Positions 27,823 through 34,124 of a stretch of DNA of 34,124 bases are shown here, piece after piece. The translations under genes were made by a program, and so were the position numbers. The DNA comes from Actinomycetes bacterium (lineage in GTDB: Bacteria > Actinomycetota > Actinomycetes > Actinomycetales > Demequinaceae), in NCBI GenBank assembly GCA_023428185.1, contig JAEYYZ010000140.1, positions 1 through 34,124 on the forward strand, in the 5' to 3' direction. The notes under the pieces are model-generated. The model worked only from the letters and a program-made list of their open reading frames with translations, did no database searches and was not told where the DNA came from. The first letter of the stretch is position 1; each line of letters begins with the position of its first letter.

Positions 27823-28659
27823 TCAAGCGCTCGGCGTGTCCCAGGGATGGTCTCCGCCCGCGTCCATGATGGCCTCATGCAAGGCGTCCCAGACGCCCGG
27901 AAGTGCCGCGATGAGCAAGTGCGGATCGGGCGCTTCGCCGTGTGCTCCAGCGACTTTCACGCCTGCCTCTTCACACACCAATGCCCCTGCCGCGTAATCC
28001 CAGGGGTTGAGTCCGTGCTCGTAGTACGCGTCTAGGTCACCGGCCGCCACCAAGCACAAGTCCACGCTGCAGGCGCCGAGCCTGCGAATGTCACGCACTC
28101 GCGGCAGAAGTTGCGCAACGATGCTCCCCTGGGCTTGCCGCCGTTGGGCGATGTACTGGAAGCCGGTAGCGAGCAATGTGCCCGCGAGGTCGGGCCCTGA
28201 GGTGCGGCTCAAGACTGCTCCGTCGCGCCATGCTCCCAGGCCTTTGCCCGCGGTCCACAACGTGCCAGTACCGTCCGCTACCGCGCCCGCCAATGCAGTC
28301 CACTCCCCCGGCCGGGGCGGGCCCCACACTGCGGCAATGGAAACCGCAAAGTGCGGCAATCCGTAGAGGTAGTTCACGGTGCCGTCAATGGGATCCACAA
28401 TCCATGTCACACCAGACTCGCTGTGGACATCCGCGCCTTCTTCACCCAACAAACCGTCGTGGGGACGCAATTGCTGCAGCCGGGTGGTGAGGTGTTGCTC
28501 AGCGGCAACGTCCATTTGCGTGACGATGTCTACCAGCGCGGACTTGGTGCTTGTCACGTGAGCCTGGGCACGCCCCTCCATGATGAGATGCGCTGTCTCG
28601 CTGGCCAACGTTGCGGCGATGTCGAGAAGTTCTTGAACGGGAGGAGGCGCGAGGTTCAC
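27823..28659 (-). CDS. suhB: Inositol monophosphatase family protein
   Basis: GEEG, WIVDPIDGTVNY, RRLGACSVDLC, WDYAAG. Confidence 0.92.
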   Translation of the reverse strand: MNLAPPPVQELLDIAATLASETAHLIMEGRAQAHVTSTKSALVDIVTQMDVAAEQHLTTRLQQLRPHDGLLGEEGADVHSESGVTWIVDPIDGTVNYLYGLPHFAVSIAAVWGPPRPGEWTALAGAVADGTGTLWTAGKGLGAWRDGAVLSRTSGPDLAGTLLATGFQYIAQRRQAQGSIVAQLLPRVRDIRRLGACSVDLCLVAAGDLDAYYEHGLNPWDYAAGALVCEEAGVKVAGAHGEAPDPHLLIAALPGVWDALHEAIMDAGGDHPWDTPSA

Positions 28660-28737
28660 GGCTACACCTTGTCACACGCCGCGCGCCACGCCGCGCGCCA
28701 ACCAGCGGCAGCGCGCAGACCATGGCACCCTGGGTTC

Positions 28738-29850
28738 ATGACGGGGCTCACGTTGATCGGGCTTGGCGAAGGCGGCGATCACTTGGTGGTGGAAACCGCC
28801 GACGGCGCGCGCTTGTCTCTGCCTATCACCGATGAGCTGCGCCGTACGGTTCGCCGTGGCATCCCAGTAGATGGTGCGGACGCCACAGGAGCCGCGGCAC
28901 CCTCGTCCCCTTCAACACTGAGCCCACGGGAAATCCAGCAGAGACTTCGCGCCGGTCTTACTCCGGCCGAGCTTGCTGAACTGTCGGGCGAATCCCTCGC
29001 GTCCATCGAGAAGTTTGCCGCGCCGGTGCTTGCGGAGCGTGAATACGTGGTGGAACAAGCCCGGTCCACGCGAATCGGTCGTGATTCCAGTTCACCAGTC
29101 CTCGAGGACTTGGTGCTGGACCGCGTGGCTGCTCGCGGTGCAGAGCCAGACAGCCTCGTGTGGGATGCGTGGCGTGCACCTGACGAGCCGTGGCGAGTGG
29201 CGGTTGACTTCCGTGTGAGCGGGCGCACTTCCCGGGCGGTATGGACGTACGACCACAGCGCGCGTTCTCTCACCGCCGACGACGAGGAAGCCCAGTGGCT
29301 CACGGAAACTGAGTTGCTCGACGCGCCCATTCCTCGTAGGCACCTCGTGGCTGTGAGGCCAGACGTGGACGCCGGTGCAGGTGGTGGGGCTACTCATTCC
29401 GGCGCCATACCTTTGCACCGCACTGCACCGCAAGTTCCGACGGTGGACCGCGTCATGTCTGACGGTGCACCACCATCGGCAGCGATCCCCATGCCCGCCG
29501 TTGACCAGGTATCACCTACCGAGGCGCTCCTTGACGAGCTCAATGGGTTGCGCGGCACTCGAGAGCATGTGGCGACGGACCTGGACGTGGAAGAGGATGA
29601 GGACGACGCCTTTGAGGGCTTTGGCCCGGCAGGCCACTCCCGGACCGCACCAGTGGGCTTTGGTGGGCCTCCAGCAACGGAACCTCAGCCTGTGCCTTCC
29701 GTGGAAGCATCACGCGCCGGCCATCCTGCCGGTTCGGGCGTTGCTCCTCCCACGCCCGCAAGCGGTGAGCGCAAGCCTCGCAAGGGACGTGCCTCGGTAC
29801 CCAGTTGGGACGAGATTGTCTTTGGTGCCAAAACTCACGGGACCGAGTAG
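28738..29850 (+). CDS. sepH: Septation protein SepH (DUF3071)
   Basis: HTH LSPREIQQRLRAG, FAAPVLAERE, WDAWR, low-complexity linker, C-terminal RASVPSWDEIVFG; start reset to ATG 28738. Confidence 0.88.
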   Translation: MTGLTLIGLGEGGDHLVVETADGARLSLPITDELRRTVRRGIPVDGADATGAAAPSSPSTLSPREIQQRLRAGLTPAELAELSGESLASIEKFAAPVLAEREYVVEQARSTRIGRDSSSPVLEDLVLDRVAARGAEPDSLVWDAWRAPDEPWRVAVDFRVSGRTSRAVWTYDHSARSLTADDEEAQWLTETELLDAPIPRRHLVAVRPDVDAGAGGGATHSGAIPLHRTAPQVPTVDRVMSDGAPPSAAIPMPAVDQVSPTEALLDELNGLRGTREHVATDLDVEEDEDDAFEGFGPAGHSRTAPVGFGGPPATEPQPVPSVEASRAGHPAGSGVAPPTPASGERKPRKGRASVPSWDEIVFGAKTHGTE

Positions 29851-29872
29851 CCACCTACCTCGCTCGTGGGGC

Positions 29873-30586
29873 TCAAGCGTTCGCCTTGAGAAGCTTTTCC
29901 CGAATCGTCTCAGGGATGGCGCACGCTTCGAGATCGGAAGGTGTCATCCCCAGCGGCAACACTTCCGCACTCAACGCCGTAGCGCGCGCCGATGCCGCGG
30001 TCATACGTCGCATGTGGTGCCTGCGGCACAGCACCTCGTACGCCACCACACCACCCTCCGCAGTGTCTCCCACCACCACTTGCTCGCCCTGGGTCACCAT
30101 CACACCGTCGATGGTGCGGGCGTTGTGAGTGGCGCGAGAACCACACCAGCACAGACTTTGCACCTGTAGCACTTCTACTTTGTCTGCGAGTTCAATGAGC
30201 CGCGCCGCACCCGGGAAGAGCCGCGTGCGGAAGTCCGCTGTGATGCCAAACGCAAAAACATCAATCCCCAGTTCATCCACCAGGCGGGCAAGCTGTTCAA
30301 TCTGCTCGGCGGAATAGAACTGCGCCTCATCGCACACGATGTAGTCGACCTCCGCCCCGCCCATGCGCAACGAGGTGACGTCATCCCACAGATCGGTGTC
30401 GTCAAGGACCTCCCTGGCCGAAACCTCCAGCCCCAGCCGCGATGAGACACGTGCCGCTCCAGCGCGGTCAAAACGGGTATAGATGGCTCCCCTGCGCCCG
30501 CGAGCCGCGTGATTGTGGTTGGTCTGCAAAGCCAGCGTGGACTTGCCGCAGTCCATGGTTCCCGTGAAGAAGATGAGTTGCGCCAT
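29873..30586 (-). CDS. tdk: Thymidine kinase
   Basis: GTMDCGKST, DEAQF, GITADFR, CWCG, YEVLCRRHH. Confidence 0.95.
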   Translation of the reverse strand: MAQLIFFTGTMDCGKSTLALQTNHNHAARGRRGAIYTRFDRAGAARVSSRLGLEVSAREVLDDTDLWDDVTSLRMGGAEVDYIVCDEAQFYSAEQIEQLARLVDELGIDVFAFGITADFRTRLFPGAARLIELADKVEVLQVQSLCWCGSRATHNARTIDGVMVTQGEQVVVGDTAEGGVVAYEVLCRRHHMRRMTAASARATALSAEVLPLGMTPSDLEACAIPETIREKLLKANA

Positions 30587-31752
30587 CAGGATCCTTCCGC
30601 CACCAACAACGGCACCACGAGTTCCTCGGGTGTCAACGAGCCATGCATGCCAATGAGCGTCATCGATTGAGCGCTTTGGGTGCGCGAGTCCATGACACAG
30701 GCGCGGCCCGTCATGGTCACGATCACATCGCCTATACGTTCGCGTGCCAAATCGGACACCGGCCCAAAAACGCCGCCCGCTTCTGCCTCCGCCTTAGTGA
30801 AGACCACCGCGTTGTCTGCCAGAATCTCGCTCCAACGCGCGGCCACTGCCTCCGCCGCGTGTGGGCGCGTGTGCAAGTGGAGCGCGCGCGGCTCCCCCGC
30901 TACTACGTCAACGCCGAGTGCCAGTTGCGCCTCTGAGCCCACGTCCCAGCGGGGCGCGCCTGTCACATCGATCATCCCATGGTCTGCGGTGACCACCATG
31001 ATCGCCCCAGCGGGAAGCTCCCTGGCTAGCCTGCTGAGCTCGCGGTCCGCGTCCTCGAGTGCGGCAACCCATTCGTCAGAGTTCCACCCATACCTATGGC
31101 CCGCGGCGTCGAGTTCACCCCAGTAGCAATACGAAACCCCTGGCTCGCGAGCGGCGCCCAACGCCACGTCGATGCGGTCCACCAGTAGTTCCGCGCCCAC
31201 AAACTGTCCGCCCCGTAGTGCGGCGTGAGTGAGACCAGAGCCTGCGAAGGTACGCCGGCCCAGTGTGGTGACAAGAAAGCCCTCTTCCGCCGCGTTGGCA
31301 AGCAGCGAGGGCATCGGCTGCCAATCCTCGGCACGGTAGGCACCCTCCCAGGAGACCAAGTTTGCGAGGCCGCGTGTGCGTTCGTTGAGGGTGGTGTATC
31401 CCATCATTCCCGTTTGGCCGGCTGGTTCGCCCGTTCCAAAAAGAGTGAGAGATGTTGCCGTAGTGGTGGGAAATCCAGCGGTGACCGTCGCGGAGACAAT
31501 GGACCTCAAGAAGGGTGCGTGGCCTCGCCTGGCGTCCAACTGGAGGTGCCCCAAGCCGTCCACCATCACTACCACCACATGGCGGGCAGTGGGAATCCCA
31601 AGCCGCTCACGGTCAGCATTGGCGTCGCGATGCGTCACGGCTGCTTCAGCACCAATCGCTGAGAGGGCCGCTGGTAGCACTGCACCCAGTTCCATGCCGC
31701 CGTAATCAGGCATGGCGAGGCCAGCATCGGCTAGCCGTTGGGCTAGAGTCAC
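30586..31752 (-). CDS. Alkaline-phosphatase-superfamily nucleotide pyrophosphatase/phosphodiesterase
   Basis: VMVDGLG, FPTTTAT (Thr nucleophile), LDAAGH, TADHGM, GMHGSLT; no evident signal peptide. Confidence 0.88.
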   Translation of the reverse strand: MTLAQRLADAGLAMPDYGGMELGAVLPAALSAIGAEAAVTHRDANADRERLGIPTARHVVVVMVDGLGHLQLDARRGHAPFLRSIVSATVTAGFPTTTATSLTLFGTGEPAGQTGMMGYTTLNERTRGLANLVSWEGAYRAEDWQPMPSLLANAAEEGFLVTTLGRRTFAGSGLTHAALRGGQFVGAELLVDRIDVALGAAREPGVSYCYWGELDAAGHRYGWNSDEWVAALEDADRELSRLARELPAGAIMVVTADHGMIDVTGAPRWDVGSEAQLALGVDVVAGEPRALHLHTRPHAAEAVAARWSEILADNAVVFTKAEAEAGGVFGPVSDLARERIGDVIVTMTGRACVMDSRTQSAQSMTLIGMHGSLTPEELVVPLLVAEGS

Positions 31753-32315
31753 GCGGCGTCTCCAATGGAGCGCTGCAGCGTGCGCGCAAAGTCCTCGAGT
31801 GCGCGCACTGATTCCACACCGTCGGCAATCACACTGACGCGCACCAGGGAATCGTCACCCGTGATGCCGCCGGTGTAGCCGTGGTCGGCTTCGCAGTTCT
31901 CGTCACCGCACGATGCCGGTTCCAGTTCGATTCGGGAGTGAATTCCCCACCCCACGGCCAGTACCAACTCGCTGGGCGTGTCACCCTCGGTGAAGTTCTC
32001 TGGCTCATGGACCACATGAGTGAGCGCCATGTTGCTGATGCGCTTGAGGAATGCGCTCTCAACTGTTGCCGAGGCCTCGTGGATGCCTTCTGCGGAGTGG
32101 CCAGCGCCGTCGTCCATGTGTACCCGGATAAGCCTGCGATCCGTCACCACCAACACCGTCATGTGGCGTCGCACCTCGGAGGAATCGAACGTGGTCTCCG
32201 TGTGCACAAAGTGTGCGCGCACCTCCTCCCCGCCTATTGCGGAACGGAGCACATGGTTGGCCAACGCCGGGTAGTAGCCTGCGCCTTGAACTGCTTGCGC
32301 GAGAGTCACTGACAT
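31749..32315 (-). CDS. DUF5998 family protein
   Basis: [43 protein letters not shown]; start reset to ATG 32315. Confidence 0.85.
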   Translation of the reverse strand: MSVTLAQAVQGAGYYPALANHVLRSAIGGEEVRAHFVHTETTFDSSEVRRHMTVLVVTDRRLIRVHMDDGAGHSAEGIHEASATVESAFLKRISNMALTHVVHEPENFTEGDTPSELVLAVGWGIHSRIELEPASCGDENCEADHGYTGGITGDDSLVRVSVIADGVESVRALEDFARTLQRSIGDAA

Positions 32316-32415
32316 GCGGGTAATTGTCGCACCGCACGCGCGGCGTGGCGACCCCTTGTCCTGGGTTCGCGCGACAATACCTGCAGTCCCTAGCCGTGGT
32401 GAGAGTGGAGTGTGC

Positions 32416-34124
32416 ATGACCGAGACCGACGCGCAGATCGTCGATATCGACGTGAGCGCCGAGATGGAGGCGTCTTTTCTGGAGTACGCCTACTCGGTGA
32501 TCTACTCGCGCGCGCTCCCGGACGCCCGTGACGGTCTCAAGCCGGTTCAACGCCGCATCATCTACACCATGGGCGACATGGGTTTACGCCCTGACCGCGC
32601 GCACGTGAAGTCCTCCCGCGTGGTGGGCGAAGTGATGGGCAAGCTGCACCCGCACGGGGATCAGGCCATTTACGACGCCCTGGTGCGTATGGCGCAGTCG
32701 TTTTCCTTGCGCTTGCCGCTCGTGGACGGCCACGGCAACTTCGGTTCTCTAGACGACGGCCCTGCGGCTTCGCGGTACACGGAAGCCCGCTTGGCTTCGG
32801 CCGCGTTGGCGATGATCGCCGATCTCGGTGAGGACGTCGTGGACTTTGTCCCCAACTACGACAACAAGCTTCAGCAACCCTCGGTGCTGCCTGCCGCGAT
32901 CCCCAACTTGCTTGTCAATGGGGCGTCTGGGATTGCCGTGGGCATGGCGACCAACATGGCGCCGCACAACGTGGTGGAGGTCATTTCTGCGGCACGCCAC
33001 TTGCTGGCGAACCCTGGCGCGAGTCTCGATGAGTTGATGAAGTTTGTGCCGGGACCGGACCTTCCCACAGGTGGGCGCATCGTGGGCTTGGAGGGGATCC
33101 GCGAGGCGTACGAGACGGGTCGAGGCGCGTTCAAGACCCAAGCCACGGCGCGCATCGAGAACGTCACACCCAAGCGCAAAGGCATTGTCGTCACGGAACT
33201 GCCATACCTTGTGGGCCCCGAGAAGGTCATTGAGAAGATCAAGGACGGGGTCAACTCCAAGAAGATCCAAGGAATCCAGTCCGTAGTAGATCTCACGGAT
33301 CGCCACCACGGAATGCGCTTGGTGATCGAGGTGCGCACGGGCTTCTCCCCTGAGGCGGTGCTGGAGCAGCTCTACAAACTCACTCCGCTGCAAGAGAACT
33401 TCTCCATCAACAACGTGGCTCTGGTGGATGGTCAGCCGCGCACGCTGGGTCTCAAAGAGATGCTCCAGGTGTGGGTGGACCACCGCCTTGAGGTGGTGCG
33501 CAGGCGTTCCGCGTATCGCCTCGCGGCACGTAAGGCGCGTTTGCACTTGGTAGACGGCTTGCTCGTTGCCATTTTGGACATCGACGATGTCATTCAGATC
33601 ATTCGCACGTCGGACGACGCAGGGGCGGCACGCGATCGCCTCATGACTGCGTTTGACTTGAGCGAGCTGCAATCTGAGTACATCCTCGAACTGCGTTTGC
33701 GGCGCTTGACCAAGTTCTCCAAGATCGAGTTGGAGACAGAAAAGACCCAACTGCTGGCCGAGATTGCCGAGTTGGAAGACATTTTGAGCTCCGAGGACGT
33801 CCTGCGCGGGGTCGTAGGACGCGAAATGGACGCCGTCGCCATGGAGCATGGCACTCCACGGCGCACCATCTTGCGCGTGGACGGTGGCGCCGCTCCTACT
33901 ATTTCGCTCGAAGGCCTCTCCGCGCGCGGGGCTGCTGCGGCTCAAGCAGTGCCAGGAGTGGCTCGTAGTGCCACCGCGTCACTGGAAATTGCCGACACTC
34001 CGTGCTGGGCATTGCTGTCCGTCACCGGCATGGTGGCGCGAACCGCCGACGACTCCCCCGTGCCACGCGAGGGACGGCGTTCGCCCCACGATGCCTTGAG
34101 GTCCTCGGTTGCCGCATCGGCGCG
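32416..34124 (+). CDS. parC: DNA topoisomerase IV subunit A (GyrA/ParC family), 3'-truncated by the window edge
   Basis: Hand translation from ATG 32416: [47 protein letters not shown] (catalytic Tyr), [17 protein letters not shown]. No GyrA-box in the visible start of the CTD and no gyrB upstream. Absent from the ORF track because there is no stop in the window. Confidence 0.92.
   Translation, partial: MTETDAQIVDIDVSAEMEASFLEYAYSVIYSRALPDARDGLKPVQRRIIYTMGDMGLRPDRAHVKSSRVVGEVMGKLHPHGDQAIYDALVRMAQSFSLRLPLVDGHGNFGSLDDGPAASRYTEARLASAALAMIADLGEDVVDFVPNYDNKLQQPSVLPAAIPNLLVNGASGIAVGMATNMAPHNVVEVISAARHLLANPGASLDELMKFVPGPDLPTGGRIVGLEGIREAYETGRGAFKTQATARIENVTPKRKGIVVTELPYLVGPEKVIEKIKDGVNSKKIQGIQSVVDLTDRHHGMRLVIEVRTGFSPEAVLEQLYKLTPLQENFSINNVALVDGQPRTLGLKEMLQVWVDHRLEVVRRRSAYRLAARKARLHLVDGLLVAILDIDDVIQIIRTSDDAGAARDRLMTAFDLSELQSEYILELRLRRLTKFSKIELETEKTQLLAEIAELEDILSSEDVLRGVVGREMDAVAMEHGTPRRTILRVDGGAAPTISLEGLSARGAAAAQAVPGVARSATASLEIADTPCWALLSVTGMVARTADDSPVPREGRRSPHDALRSSVAASA

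Noticed and set aside
28351..28737. N-terminal extension of sepH in the ORF track (likewise for ppk2, DUF3159, dut, pabC and DUF5998)
   Set aside because: The extensions overlap neighbouring genes; family homology and -10/SD signals support the later starts
32749..33945. 398-aa minus-strand ORF, the longest ORF-track call at the right end
   Set aside because: Antisense to the real parC frame starting at 32416, which the track missed
1..34124. CRISPR arrays, IS elements, prophage, toxin-antitoxin or defence genes
   Set aside because: No regularly spaced repeats, terminal inverted repeats, transposase, integrase or phage-like ORFs seen; almost all of the sequence is accounted for by recognisable genes

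Overview
High-GC actinobacterial chromosome segment; the gene content suggests Micrococcales (Demequina/Cellulomonas-like, which is inference). It is very compact, with many overlapping genes and several apparently leaderless starts. From left to right: tRNA-Val(CAC), a pabB/pabC-like pair and a tRNA-Gly/Cys/Val cluster; treY-treZ-ppk2 (class III); zapE and a RibD-C/DHFR-like reductase; an Asp racemase, a D-Asp-ligase-like ATP-grasp gene and an orphan DegT-type PLP enzyme, then gndA; DUF3000-rnd, dxs, acnA; a TRAM RNA methyltransferase, a KimA-like permease and two trkA genes; DUF3159, an OB-fold gene, DUF3710, dut, DUF4193, suhB and sepH; tdk, an NPP-type phosphodiesterase and DUF5998; and the 5' part of topoisomerase IV subunit A, which the ORF track misses because it runs off the window. 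Most of this is conserved actinobacterial core, matching from memory the M. tuberculosis Rv2670c-Rv2701c neighbourhood. I see no mobile element, CRISPR array, prophage or defence system. The best candidate for an under-described system is the racemase / ATP-grasp ligase / PLP-enzyme block at 9550-12745, probably for building a peptidoglycan cross-bridge. Other points of interest are a KimA-like permease lacking the canonical TM1 Asp beside two RCK proteins with no TrkH, Gln at the Ser83-equivalent quinolone position of ParC, and a TrmA-family methyltransferase without Fe-S cysteines. All family calls come from motif recognition by eye; no database search was run.
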